A DNA stretch of 64,000 nt from a bacterium. Lineage in GTDB: Bacteria; UBA8248. The stretch is from NCBI GenBank assembly GCA_965199855.1, contig OZ241326.1, positions 2,272,001 to 2,336,000 on the forward strand, given 5' to 3'. Position numbers and translations under genes: made by a program. Within the stretch, counting starts at the first letter, position 1, and each line of letters begins with the position of its first letter. Positions 47,048-58,548 of the stretch are shown one piece after another. A model generated the notes under the pieces. It was given only the letters and a program-made list of their open reading frames with translations. It searched no databases and was not told the DNA's origin.

Positions 47048-48755
47048 ACGCGAACCCCGTCGTGAGCGAAATCCTCGCGGGCGCGCTGCGCGCCATCGAG
47101 GAGGAGGTCGAGGAGCTTCTCGCCCGCGTCTGGCGCAGCCCCTCGCTGCGGGACGCGGGCGACTTCTCCGTCTGCCTGTTCGACCGCTTCGGCCGCGCCC
47201 TCACGGGCCGGGCGCTGGCCTCGGGCCCCGCCCCCGTCCTCCGCGCGCATCCCGAAATCGCCGAGGGCGACGTCTTTCTCCACAACGACCCCTACGCGCC
47301 GCCCGCGGGCCTGGGCGAGGCGCCCGAGCTGTGCCTCACCCGCCCCCTGTTCGCGGACGGCGCGCTCCTGGCCTTCCTGCAGATCAGGGGACGCCACGAC
47401 GACGTGGGCGGCGCGCTGCCCGGCGGGAGAAGCGGCGGGGCGCGGGAGAGCTACCACGAGGCCTCCTCGTTCCGCCGGTGCGAATCGCGCGGAGGGACGA
47501 GACCGTCCGCGACGTCAGGGCCCTGCTTCTGCGGAACAGCCGGCGGGCCCGCCACCTGGGCGACGACATCGACGCGCAGCTGGGCGCGCTCCGGGTGGGC
47601 GCGGCGCGCCTTGCGGATTTGACGCGCCGATACGGGGCGGAGAACCTCTCGGCCTGCTTCGCCGATCTGTTGAGAGAGTGCGAGCTCGCCTTCCGGGAGC
47701 GGCTCATCCCGCGGATTCCCGAAAAAAGCTGGACGGCGCGCGCGGCCGTGGAATCGGACGGCCTGGACGGCCCCCACGCGCTCGAACTCACGCTCTCGCG
47801 CCGCGGGGACGCCCTGCGCGTCGCGCTGGACGCCGCCCCCCAGGCGCAGGGGCCGATAAACTGCCCTCTGGCGGGAGAAGGCGCGCAGTGCCTGCTCCGC
47901 CTGCTCGCGCCCGCCCTGCTCCGCCTGGAGGAGGACGCCGCCGAGTTCCCCCTGAACGACGGCGCCCTGCGGGCGTTCGAGGTCGGACTGCCGGGGCCCG
48001 GAACGCTGCTGACCCCGCGCTTTCCCGCGCCGACGGGCCTGCGGGCGCTCACGCTGGGGAAGCTGCTCTCCGCGTTCGGCGAGGCGCTCTTCGAGGCGTC
48101 GGGCGGGCGGGCGCCCGCGGGCTCCGAGAGCCTGCGAACGCTCGCCTTCTGTGGGCATGACGCGCGAGGCGGCTTCCACCTCCTCCGGGAGGCGCTGGGC
48201 GCGGGCGCGGGCGCGGGCGCGGGGGGAGACGGCGCGTCCGCGACTCCCCCCGTCGGCGGCGCCGGCGGCATGTCCGTCGAGGCGATGGAGGCGCGCTATC
48301 CCGTGCGGGTCGAGGCGATGGGGCTGGTCGAGGACTCGGGCGGCGCGGGCAAAAACCGGGGCGGCCTGGGCGTCTATAGGGAATACCGCCTGCTCATGGA
48401 CGGCGAGGCGGCGAGCGCGGCGGGCGGCGCGGAGGCGCCTCCTTCGGGACGGGCCGGCGGGTCGGCCGGAGCTCCCTATCGCATCGAGCGCCGCGCCGGA
48501 AGGGAGCGCGTCTCGATGCCGGCGGTCTGCGCGGCCGTCCCGTTTTCGGACGGCGACGCGATTCGCGTCGCGACCCCCGGCGGCGGCGGGTGGGGCGACC
48601 CCATGGAGCGCGATCCCCAAGCCGCGCGCGCCGACGTTCTGCGCGGCTTCGTCTCCAGGGAGGCGGCGGAATCCCTCTACGGGGTGGTTCTGGGGCGCGC
48701 GCCCGGCTTCGGGATCGACGAGAGCGAGACGCGCAGGCGCAGGCGGGGAAAATAA
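47044..48755 (+). pseudogene. Hydantoinase B / oxoprolinase subunit with a 1-nt frameshift near 47460
   Basis: N-half (NDPY, DVGG) in the 47044 frame; C-half (GLLVPPV, DSGGAGKNRGGLG, TPGGGGWGDP) in another frame; adding one G restores YHEGLLVPP. Confidence 0.8.
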
Positions 48756-49991
<1,236 letters not shown>

Positions 49992-49998
49992 AAACGGC

Positions 49999-51222
49999 AT
50001 GGGCACGATAACGAGCGCCATCGAGAACGGCGCGGCCAAGCTCGGCGTGGAGGACGTGGACGTCGCGGGCAGGCGGGTCTTCCTGCGCGTCGACTTCAAC
50101 GTGCCGCTCGACGATCAGGGACACATCACGGACGACGCGCGCATCCGGGCGGCGCTGCCCACCATCAACTATCTGCTGGACGAGGGCGCGCGGGTCGTCA
50201 TCGGCTCCCACCTCGGCCGTCCGAAGGGGAGGTTCGACGCCAAAAACTCCCTCGCGCCGGTCGGCAAGCGTCTGGCGCGCCTGCTGGACAAGGAATGCCC
50301 CCTGGCGTCCGACCCCGCCGACCCGGAGACCAGAAGCCGCGCGGAGAAGATGAAGCCGGGCGAGGTGCTCCTGCTGGAGAATCTCCGGTTTCACCCGGGC
50401 GAGGAGAAAAACGACGAGAAATTCGCCCGGAAGCTCGCCTCCCTGGCCGACCTCTACATCGACGACGCCTTCGGCAACGCCCACCGCTCCCACGCCTCCA
50501 TGTCGGCGATCACGAAATTCCTGCGTCCCGCCGTCGCGGGCTTTCTGATGATCAAGGAGGTGAGCTACCTGAGCGGCGCGGTGAACAACCCGATGCGCCC
50601 GGTGGTGGCGATTCTCGGCGGGGCGAAGGCGAGCGCGAAAATCGGCATCGTCGAGCAGATATTGCCGAAGATGGACAAGATCATCCTGGGCGGCGGCATG
50701 GCGGGCACCTTTCACCGCGCCCTGGGCTTCGAGATGGGCAACAGCCTCGTGGAGGAGCACATGATGGACACGGCGCGCTCCATCATGAACAAGGCGCAGG
50801 AGCTAGGGGTGAAGTTCTACCTTCCGAGCGACTACGTGGTGGCGGACAAGTTCGAGGCGTCGGCGGAAACCAAGGTGGTGCCCGCCCAGGAGGTGCCCGA
50901 GGACTGGTTCGCCCTGGACATCGGCCCGGCGAGCACCACCCTGTTCGGCGAGGCGCTCCAGGACGCGAAGACCATCATCTGGAACGGCCCGATGGGCGTG
51001 TTCGAGTTGGACGCCTTCTCGCGCGGGACATACGCCATGGTGAACCACGTGGCGAATTCCTACGCCCTGACGATCGTGGGCGGCGGCGACACGGACGTGG
51101 CCGTCCACGCGGCGGGAGAATCGCGCCGCATCTCCTACATCAGCACGGGCGGCGGCGCCTTCCTGGAGCTGCTCGAGGGCAAGGAGCTGCCCGGCCTGGC
51201 GTGCCTGACGGACAAGCGCTGA
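49999..51222 (+). CDS. pgk: Phosphoglycerate kinase
   Basis: RVDFNVP, SHLGRP, ENLRF, WNGPMG, STGGGA. Confidence 0.98.
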   Translation: MGTITSAIENGAAKLGVEDVDVAGRRVFLRVDFNVPLDDQGHITDDARIRAALPTINYLLDEGARVVIGSHLGRPKGRFDAKNSLAPVGKRLARLLDKECPLASDPADPETRSRAEKMKPGEVLLLENLRFHPGEEKNDEKFARKLASLADLYIDDAFGNAHRSHASMSAITKFLRPAVAGFLMIKEVSYLSGAVNNPMRPVVAILGGAKASAKIGIVEQILPKMDKIILGGGMAGTFHRALGFEMGNSLVEEHMMDTARSIMNKAQELGVKFYLPSDYVVADKFEASAETKVVPAQEVPEDWFALDIGPASTTLFGEALQDAKTIIWNGPMGVFELDAFSRGTYAMVNHVANSYALTIVGGGDTDVAVHAAGESRRISYISTGGGAFLELLEGKELPGLACLTDKR

Positions 51223-51244
51223 GGCTTCCCGGGAGGAATTCTCG

Positions 51245-52027
51245 ATGCGGCGCAAGCTGGTGGCCGGCAACTGGAAGATGAACAAGACGATACCCGAGGC
51301 GCGGACGCTCGCGCGCGAGGTGGCCGAGGGCGCCGCGCGGGCGGGCCTCCCGGGGGTGGACGCGCTTCTGGCGCCGCCCTATCCCGCGCTTCACGCGGTG
51401 GCGGAGGCGGTGGCCGGAAGCGGGGTCGGCGTCGCCGGACAGAACTGCTCCCATCATCCCGAGGGCGCGCGCACCGGCGAGGTGAGCGTCTCGATGCTCA
51501 GGGACGCGGGCGCGACCCACGTCATCCTCGGGCACAGCGAAAGGCGGGAGACGGCGGGAGAGGGCGACGCCCTCATCGCGCGAAAGGCGGCGGCGGCGAG
51601 CGCGGGCGGCCTCGTTCCGATTCTCTGCCTCGGGGAGCCGCTCCCCACGAGGCGGGCGGGCGCGGCGCTCGCGCGCATCGCCCATCAGGTGGAGCTCTCC
51701 ATCGAGGGAGCCTATCCCTCCCCTCCCGCCGGCGGCCTCGTCATAGCGTATGAGCCCGTGTGGGCCATCGGCACGGGCCTCACGGCCGCGCCCGAGCAGG
51801 CGCAGGAGGCGCACGCCTTCATCCGAGAGCGCCTCGGCAGGGCCTACGGCTTGGAATGGGCGCGGGAAGCGCGTATCCTCTACGGTGGCAGCGTGAAGCC
51901 GGACAACGCGGAGGCGCTGTTCGCGCAGCCGGACATCGACGGCGGCCTCATCGGCGGGGCGAGCCTGAACAGCGGGGATTTTCTGAAAATCATCGGCGCC
52001 GCGGAGGCGGCTTCCGCATCGAGGTGA
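51245..52027 (+). CDS. tpiA: Triosephosphate isomerase
   Basis: GNWKMN, GHSERR, AYEPVWAIGTG, LYGGSV. Confidence 0.98.
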   Translation: MRRKLVAGNWKMNKTIPEARTLAREVAEGAARAGLPGVDALLAPPYPALHAVAEAVAGSGVGVAGQNCSHHPEGARTGEVSVSMLRDAGATHVILGHSERRETAGEGDALIARKAAAASAGGLVPILCLGEPLPTRRAGAALARIAHQVELSIEGAYPSPPAGGLVIAYEPVWAIGTGLTAAPEQAQEAHAFIRERLGRAYGLEWAREARILYGGSVKPDNAEALFAQPDIDGGLIGGASLNSGDFLKIIGAAEAASASR

Positions 52028-52040
52028 GAAGAGCGAGACA

Positions 52041-52370
52041 ATGACCATCGTCCTGACAATCCTGCACGTAGCCGTCGCGATCTGCCTGGTGCTGTCCGTG
52101 CTTCTCCAGGCGGGAAAGGGCGGGGGCATCGGCGCCGCCTTCGGAGGCTCCAGCGACACGATGTTCGGCGCGCGGGGGCCGGTGAGCTTCCTGAGCAAGC
52201 TCACGACCGGCGCCGCCGTCCTCTTCATGGCGACCTCGCTCCTGCTCACCTACATCGGCTCGCAAAGCGCGAACCGGGGCGCCTCGATAGTGCCCTCCGC
52301 GCCCGTCAGGAGCGCGCCGGCGCAGCCTCCCGCCGCACCCCCGAAGCCGGCCGCCCCCGCGAACAAATAA
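52041..52370 (+). CDS. secG: Preprotein translocase subunit SecG
   Basis: VLLQAGKG..GAAFGG, two TM helices, follows tpiA. Confidence 0.95.
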   Translation: MTIVLTILHVAVAICLVLSVLLQAGKGGGIGAAFGGSSDTMFGARGPVSFLSKLTTGAAVLFMATSLLLTYIGSQSANRGASIVPSAPVRSAPAQPPAAPPKPAAPANK

Positions 52371-52383
52371 GCGAGGGCGGAGG

Positions 52384-54465
52384 ATGCTGATCAAGCGCCT
52401 TTTGCTGCTGCTCCCCCTGCTGCTCGCGGCCGTTCTGCTTCAGTCCTACTTCTGGGTTCCCACGTTCTCCGATCAGACCAGGGGCGGCGACGGGCGGCTC
52501 CGCCAGTTCATCACCGGCTCCATCGGCGACGCGCAGATACTGAACCCCATCCTTCACGCCGACACGGCGAGCGGCGAGATCGTAGACAAGGTGTTCGAGG
52601 GCCTCATCGACCGGGACCGCGACCTCTCCTACCGGGGCCGGCTGGCCTCCTCCTGGCGCATCTACGAGGAGGCGTTCTTCGTCCCCCATCCCGACGGGCC
52701 GGGCGCGAAGGCCCTGGCCGCGCGCATCGCGCGGGCGCGGGACGAGGGCGGCGCCGCGTGGCTGAAAAACGTCGAAAAAATCGAAGCGCTGCCCCCCGCC
52801 GAGGAGAAGACCTTCATCCGCGCCCCGCCCGCCAAGGGGCGGAAAAGGCCCGGGCGCATGGCCGTCCGCGTCGCCTACCCCGAGCGCGTGAAGATGACGC
52901 TCAAGAACGTGGATCAGGACCTGTTCGCCCGACTCGGAAAACTGCTGGGCGAGGGCGCAATCGCCGCCGACCCGGCTCCCTTCGTCAAGACCGCGCTTCC
53001 CGAGCGGCTGCGCCCCGCCGCCCTGCGGCGCGCGCGGCTCACGGAGCACAACCCCGTCATCGTCTTCCGGCTCAGGCGCGGCGTCCGCTTCCACGACGGC
53101 CACGAGTTCGACTCGGGCGACGTGCGCTTCACCTACGAAGCCATCATGAACCCCGCGAACCTCTCCCCCCGGACGGCGGACTTCGAGCCCGTCAAGCGCG
53201 TGGAGACGCCCGACAGGTTCACCGTGAAGATCACCTACAAGCGCCTCTACTCCCCCGCCTTCGGCACGTGGGGGATGGGGATGCTGCCCGAGCACCTGCT
53301 GAACCGGGAGAGGCTCGACGAGGAGGCGAGGCGCGCGGGCAGGGAGCCGAAGAATTTCAGCCTGCGCGACAGCGCGTTCAACCGAAGCCCCGTGGGCTCA
53401 GGCCCCTTCGTCTTCCGGGAATGGCGCTCGGACGAGCTCATCCGGCTCGCGCGCAACGAGGACTACTGGGAGGGCGCGCCCGAATACGACGAATACGTCT
53501 ACAGAATCCTGCCCGACCCCCTGACGCAGGAGATCGCCTTCTACGCCGGAACCGTGGATCGCTACGGAGCGGGCTCCCACCAGGTCGAGCGTCTGCGGAA
53601 AGATCCGAGATTCCAGGTGTTCTCCGGCCTGGGCTTCGGCTTCTCCTACATCGGCTACAACATGCGCCGCTGGCCGTTCGGGGACGCCCGCGTGCGCCGG
53701 GCGCTCGGCATGGCGGTGAACGCGAGGCAGATCCAGCGCTACGTGCTGAACGGCGAGGCCGAGGACATCACCGGCCCGTTCGTGAAGCAGAGCCGGCACT
53801 ACAACCGCAGCGTCAAGCCCCTGCCCTACGACCCGGAAGGGGCGGCGCGGCTGCTCCGCGAGGCGGGATTCCGCAGGAAAAACGGCATTCTGACCAAGGA
53901 CGGCAGGCCCCTCGCCTTCAACCTGATGACGAACCACGGCAACGAGATCAGACGCGCCATCGGCGCCGTCGCGCAGGACGCCTGGCGGAAGATCGGCGTC
54001 AAAGCCACCTTCTCGCAGGTCGAGTGGGCCGTGTTCATCCGAAAGCACGTCAACCAGCTCGACTTCGACGCCGTCATCCTCGGCTGGAGCCTCGGCCTCG
54101 ACCCGGATCTTTATCAGATATGGCATTCGAGCCAGACGGGCAAGGGGCGGCTCAACTTCGTCGGCTACGCGAACCCGAAGGCGGACGACCTCATCGTCAA
54201 GATCCGCCAGGAATACGACCTGCCGACCCAGGTTCGCTACGCGCGCGCCCTCCACCGCATCATCGCGGCGGATCAGCCCTACACGTTCCTCTACGTCAGC
54301 AAATGGACGGCGCTGCTCGACAGGAAAATCGCCATCGCCCGGCGCCTCGCGGACGGGAAAACGCAGCCGCGCAGAATCCGCCCCACCGTCACGGGAAGCT
54401 ACGCCTTCGACTTCAACAGGTGGGTGAAGTTCCCCGAAGCCCCCCGCTTCGAGAGCCGGAATTGA
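52384..54465 (+). CDS. Peptide/nickel ABC transporter substrate-binding protein (family 5)
   Basis: LNP, LRRGVRFHDG, DVRFT, PVGSGPF, YDPEGA. Confidence 0.92.
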   Translation: MLIKRLLLLLPLLLAAVLLQSYFWVPTFSDQTRGGDGRLRQFITGSIGDAQILNPILHADTASGEIVDKVFEGLIDRDRDLSYRGRLASSWRIYEEAFFVPHPDGPGAKALAARIARARDEGGAAWLKNVEKIEALPPAEEKTFIRAPPAKGRKRPGRMAVRVAYPERVKMTLKNVDQDLFARLGKLLGEGAIAADPAPFVKTALPERLRPAALRRARLTEHNPVIVFRLRRGVRFHDGHEFDSGDVRFTYEAIMNPANLSPRTADFEPVKRVETPDRFTVKITYKRLYSPAFGTWGMGMLPEHLLNRERLDEEARRAGREPKNFSLRDSAFNRSPVGSGPFVFREWRSDELIRLARNEDYWEGAPEYDEYVYRILPDPLTQEIAFYAGTVDRYGAGSHQVERLRKDPRFQVFSGLGFGFSYIGYNMRRWPFGDARVRRALGMAVNARQIQRYVLNGEAEDITGPFVKQSRHYNRSVKPLPYDPEGAARLLREAGFRRKNGILTKDGRPLAFNLMTNHGNEIRRAIGAVAQDAWRKIGVKATFSQVEWAVFIRKHVNQLDFDAVILGWSLGLDPDLYQIWHSSQTGKGRLNFVGYANPKADDLIVKIRQEYDLPTQVRYARALHRIIAADQPYTFLYVSKWTALLDRKIAIARRLADGKTQPRRIRPTVTGSYAFDFNRWVKFPEAPRFESRN

Positions 54466-55457
54466 TCGCCTACATCGCGCGGACGACGCTGTTCAAGCTC
54501 GCGACCCTCTTCATCATCTCGATCGTGAGCTTCCTGATCATCCATCTCGCCCCCGGCGAGCCGAGCCAGATCGACCCCCTCAACCCGCGCTTCACGAAGG
54601 AGGACCTCGCCCGCTACCGCGCCGCCTTCGACCTCGACAAGCCGCTTCCCGTCCAGTACTGGCGCTTCTACAAAAAATTCTTCACCGGCGAGCTCGCGAG
54701 CCTCAAGGACAACCAGCCCGTCTTCGGAAAGATATGGCGGCGCTTCCTCGTCAGCCTGCCCCTGTTCATCGTGGGCACCCTCATCACCTGGTGCCTCTCC
54801 TTCCCGCTCGGAATCGCGGGCGCGCTGCGCCGCTACACCTTCTTCGACCGCTCCACCACCTTCATGAGCTACCTGATGATATCCACGCCCGGCTTCTTTC
54901 TCGCCTACGTCCTCATCATCGCGGTGGTGCAGGGCTTTCCGCTCCCCTTCACCGACTACCGCGTCCCCGGGCTCGAGGTCTCCGTCCTGGGAATCGAAAC
55001 CTTCGGCCGGGGCGGCGCCTCCCCCCTTTTCCGAATCAACGACCGCATCTGGCATCTCGTGCTGCCCAGCCTCGTGGGGGCGATCGGCGGCATCGCCGTG
55101 CTCTCGCGCTACGTGCGCGGCCAGATGATGGAGGTGGTGGATTCGGACTTCATCCGCACGGCGCGCGCCAAGGGGGTCGACGAGAACGCCGTGAACTACA
55201 TGCACGCCCTCCGAAACGCGGCGCTGCCCTTCGTCACGATGTTCGGACTCATCCTGCCCGGGCTGATCGGCGGCTCGGTCATCATCGAGAACATCTTCGC
55301 GTGGCCCGGCATGGGGCGCCTGGGCTTCGAGGCCGTGCTGGCGCGCGACTACCCCGTCATCCTGAGCCTCAACTTCATGTCCGCCATCCTGGTCGTCATC
55401 GGCACCTTCATCTCCGACGTCCTGCTCGTCGTGGTCGATCCGAGGATTCGCCTGTGA
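54462..55457 (+). CDS. Peptide ABC transporter permease (OppB/DppB-like)
   Basis: HLAPGEP, DFIRTARAKG, HALRNA, DPRIR; TTG start overlaps upstream stop. Confidence 0.93.
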   Translation: MIAYIARTTLFKLATLFIISIVSFLIIHLAPGEPSQIDPLNPRFTKEDLARYRAAFDLDKPLPVQYWRFYKKFFTGELASLKDNQPVFGKIWRRFLVSLPLFIVGTLITWCLSFPLGIAGALRRYTFFDRSTTFMSYLMISTPGFFLAYVLIIAVVQGFPLPFTDYRVPGLEVSVLGIETFGRGGASPLFRINDRIWHLVLPSLVGAIGGIAVLSRYVRGQMMEVVDSDFIRTARAKGVDENAVNYMHALRNAALPFVTMFGLILPGLIGGSVIIENIFAWPGMGRLGFEAVLARDYPVILSLNFMSAILVVIGTFISDVLLVVVDPRIRL

Positions 55458-56956
55458 GCGAAGCGGCCGAGATGCGCGAGATGATGGAGGAGATGGGCGA
55501 GGAGCTCGCTCCCCGCCAGCGCGTCTGGCGGCACCTGCGGCGGAACCCGATGGCGATGGCGGGCGGCGCCGCGCTGCTCCTCTTCCTGGGTCTCGCGGCG
55601 CTGGGCTTCGTCAACTCGGCCCTGATGAGCGATCCTCTCTTCGACGCCAACGTCGTTCGCCTGCCGGACAAGCTCAAGGCGCCCTTCTCCGCCCCGAACG
55701 CCGGGGTCGTGCCGAAGGAGAATCTCCCGCGCCTGGGAATCTACGTGTTCGGCACCGACGACCTGGGCCGCGACGTGTTCGCCAGAATGCTGGAGGGAAC
55801 CTTCATCTCGATGTCCGTGGGCTTCGTGGCCATCGGCATCGCCACCCTCCTCGGGGTGGCCATAGGCGGCGTCGCCGGCTTCTACGGGGAGCTCAAGCCC
55901 AGCGGCGCGCCCCTGTTCGGCTTCGCGGGCGCGGCGCTCGCGGGCTACGCCGTCTGGAACGAGGCGGGGTTTCTCGCGCTCCTGTTCTGCGCGGCGGGCG
56001 CGGGCGCGGGCCTGGCGATGCGCCGCGCGGGGCGCTCCCTGTTTCTCGAGGGCCTCGTCTTCGGCGCGCTCCTGGGCCTCGCGCTGGGGAGCTTCGAGCC
56101 GTTCGACTTCAGGGGCTTCGCCTCCGATTTCGGCCTGCGCGCGCGCGCTCCCGGCTGGCGGGAGGGCCTCCTCGGCGCGCTCTGCCTGCTCGCGCTCGCC
56201 TCCTTCGGCGGGGCGCAGGGGCTGAACGCGGAGGAGAGCGCGGCGGACGGCGCCTCGTCGAGCGCGGTCGCGGGCTTCGGCCTCGCGTATTTTCTCGTGT
56301 TCGCGCCGGGCCTCTACCTCGCCTATCCGGGCCGCGCGGCGCATCTGTGGACGGCGGCGGCCGGCGCGGGCGCCTGCGCCCTCCTCTATCGAAAATTCGA
56401 CCTCACGGCGCGCCTGCGCCGCTTCCGCCTGCCCCGGATCGACGTCATCTACACCACGGTCGTGGACGTGCAGCTCTCCTTCCCCTCGTTTTTCGTGCTG
56501 CTCACCATCCTCGCGCTCGTGACGCCCAACATCTGGATCATCATGGTGGTCATCGGCCTCCTGGGCTGGGTCGGCCCCGCGCGCTTCGTCCGCGCCGAGG
56601 TTCTCTCGCTCCGGGAGCAGCCCTTCGTGGAGTCCGCGCGGGCGGCGGGCGGGGCGGACGCCCTCATCATCTTCCGCTACCTCATCCCCAACGCCCTGGC
56701 GCCCGTGCTGGTCTCGGCCACCATCGGCATCGCGGGCGCCATCCTCACCGAGGCGAGCCTGAGCTTCCTGGGCTTCGGCGTTCCCCCGCCCCAGGCGAGC
56801 TGGGGCAACATCTTCGCCGACGGGAAGAAATACATCTTCGACGCCCCCTGGCTCACCTTCATTCCGGGCTCGGCCATCCTCGTCGTCATGCTCGCCTTCA
56901 ACCTGTTCGGCGAGGGGCTGCGCGACGCCATGAACCCCAAGGCGAACGGCCGATGA
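55454..56956 (+). CDS. Peptide ABC transporter permease (OppC/DppC-like) with large hydrophobic insertion
   Basis: FGTDDLGRD, FVESARAAG, EASLSFLGFG, GEGLRDAMNP. Confidence 0.92.
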   Translation: MSEAAEMREMMEEMGEELAPRQRVWRHLRRNPMAMAGGAALLLFLGLAALGFVNSALMSDPLFDANVVRLPDKLKAPFSAPNAGVVPKENLPRLGIYVFGTDDLGRDVFARMLEGTFISMSVGFVAIGIATLLGVAIGGVAGFYGELKPSGAPLFGFAGAALAGYAVWNEAGFLALLFCAAGAGAGLAMRRAGRSLFLEGLVFGALLGLALGSFEPFDFRGFASDFGLRARAPGWREGLLGALCLLALASFGGAQGLNAEESAADGASSSAVAGFGLAYFLVFAPGLYLAYPGRAAHLWTAAAGAGACALLYRKFDLTARLRRFRLPRIDVIYTTVVDVQLSFPSFFVLLTILALVTPNIWIIMVVIGLLGWVGPARFVRAEVLSLREQPFVESARAAGGADALIIFRYLIPNALAPVLVSATIGIAGAILTEASLSFLGFGVPPPQASWGNIFADGKKYIFDAPWLTFIPGSAILVVMLAFNLFGEGLRDAMNPKANGR

Positions 56957-56981
56957 GCGGATTCGCGCGCGCGGAGGAGCG

Positions 56982-57010
56982 TTGACAGCCGGGCGCGCGA
57001 GGGGCAATAT
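56982..57010 (+). promoter_or_regulatory. Possible promoter for the tRNA
   Basis: TTGACA-N17-CAATAT followed by a GC-rich discriminator. Confidence 0.4.
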
Positions 57011-57058
57011 GGCCGCGCCTTCCGGCCCTCGCGTCGCCAGGACGCCCGGAGGCGGCCT

Positions 57059-57145
57059 GCCCAAGTGGTGGAACAGGTAGACACGCTAGCTTGAGGGGCT
57101 AGTGGGGGCGACCCCGTGTCGGTTCGAGTCCGGCCTTGGGCACCA
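57059..57145 (+). tRNA. tRNA-Leu(GAG)
   Basis: Acceptor GCCCAAG/CTTGGGC-A-CCA, anticodon arm CTAGC-TTGAGGG-GCTAG, long variable arm, GGTTCGAGTCC T-arm. Confidence 0.97.
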
Positions 57146-57268
57146 TTCCTCAATCTTCTCGCGCAATGCGACAAGCGATTCGGCCCGCGCGGAACCCGCC
57201 GGGGTCTCATCCATCACGGCATCGGGAAGCAGCGGGAGCGACGATCGGCGCGGCGCCGGGCCGCGGCC

Positions 57269-57802
57269 TCAGTCCTTCTTCGGCTCGGGCCGGGGGGCGT
57301 GGTATCGGCGGTATTCCTCGCCGAAGCAGAGACTCTCGAAGCCGCGCATCCGGTCGAGGAAGACCACGCCGTCGAGATGATCGCATTCGTGCTGGCACAC
57401 GCGGGCGGCGAAGCCCTCCAGCTCCTCCTCGTAGGCGCGCCCGCGCGCGTCGAAGGCCTCCAGGCGCACCCGCGCGGCGCGCGGCACGAGGCCGTGCAGG
57501 TCGGGAATGCTGAGGCACCCCTCCCACGCCTCGAGCGCCGCCCCGTCCAGGGGGGCGACCTTCGGGTTCGCGGCGACGCGCAGCGTCTCCTCATCCTCCG
57601 GGTCGGGCCGCATGACGAACAGCCGAAGCCCGCGATGCACCTGCGGAGCGGCGAGGCCCACGCCCTCGTATTCCGCCATGGTGCGAACCATGTCCGCCGC
57701 CAGCCCGGCGAGTCCCGCCCCGCCCAGCTCCTCCGGCGTCAGCTCGCGCGCCCGCTCGCGCAGGACGGGATGCCCCAGGCGGGCGACCTTCAGAATGGAC
57801 AT
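57269..57802 (-). CDS. def: Peptide deformylase
   Basis: GVGLAAPQ, EGCLS, QHECDHLDG. Confidence 0.96.
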   Translation of the reverse strand: MSILKVARLGHPVLRERARELTPEELGGAGLAGLAADMVRTMAEYEGVGLAAPQVHRGLRLFVMRPDPEDEETLRVAANPKVAPLDGAALEAWEGCLSIPDLHGLVPRAARVRLEAFDARGRAYEEELEGFAARVCQHECDHLDGVVFLDRMRGFESLCFGEEYRRYHAPRPEPKKD

Positions 57803-57804
57803 CT

Positions 57805-58530
57805 CTACTCCCTCCGGCTCCGCGCCCCTCCGGGGGCGGGCAGGGCGGCGAACCAGGCGGCCAGACCGCCCGGGTCGACGGTCTCCTCCAGCGAGGCGAC
57901 CACGCGGTCGGCCTCTCCGAGCTTCCCGGCCGGGTAGCTCGTCGTCACCGCGAGCGTCCTCATGCCGGCGGCGGCGCCCGAGCGCACGCCGGCGACCGAA
58001 TCCTCCACCACGAGGCAGGCGTCCGCCGGAATCGCCCCGCCCCCGCTTTCGTTGATCCGCTCGAGGGCGGCCAGAAAGCTCTCCGGGTCCGGCTTGCCCC
58101 GGCTCACCATCTCCGCCGTCACGATGACGGGGAAGCAGGCGAGCAGACCCGCGCTCTCCAGCACCGGGCGCACCTCGCGCCCCAGCGCGCCGCTCGCTAT
58201 GGCGAGAGGCCAGCGCGCCGCGGCCGCGCGTATCATCTCGGCCGCGCCCGGCAGAATATCGGGCGCGCGCGCGATTTCGCGGTAGCGCTCCTCCTTGCGC
58301 TCCAGGAGCTGCTCGAAGCGCTCCGGCGCGACCGCCACGCCGCGATCCTTCAGCAGGTTGGCGAACAGCAGCCTGTCGTCGAAGGCGAGGTAGCGCTCGG
58401 CGTATTCCGCCTCGGCGAGGTCGAGGTCGAGCTCCTCGGCCAGCACCGCCTGAAACGCCGCGAGATGCAGCGGCTCGCTGTCCGCGATGGTGCCGTCGAA
58501 ATCGAAGATGACGGCCTCAAGCTCCGGCAT
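57805..58530 (-). CDS. HAD family phosphatase
   Basis: FDFDGT, KPDP, VEDS. Confidence 0.92.
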   Translation of the reverse strand: MPELEAVIFDFDGTIADSEPLHLAAFQAVLAEELDLDLAEAEYAERYLAFDDRLLFANLLKDRGVAVAPERFEQLLERKEERYREIARAPDILPGAAEMIRAAAARWPLAIASGALGREVRPVLESAGLLACFPVIVTAEMVSRGKPDPESFLAALERINESGGGAIPADACLVVEDSVAGVRSGAAAGMRTLAVTTSYPAGKLGEADRVVASLEETVDPGGLAAWFAALPAPGGARSRRE

Positions 58531-58548
58531 CGCTCCTCCCGGGATGGC

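Noticed and set aside
48196-48225. GGCGCG tandem microsatellite (also near 55995)
   Set aside because: In-frame Gly-Ala codons in GC-rich genes; no sign of phase variation
57120-57270. tRNA-Leu 3' end as an integration site
   Set aside because: I saw no duplicate of the tRNA 3' end and no integrase; def follows directly
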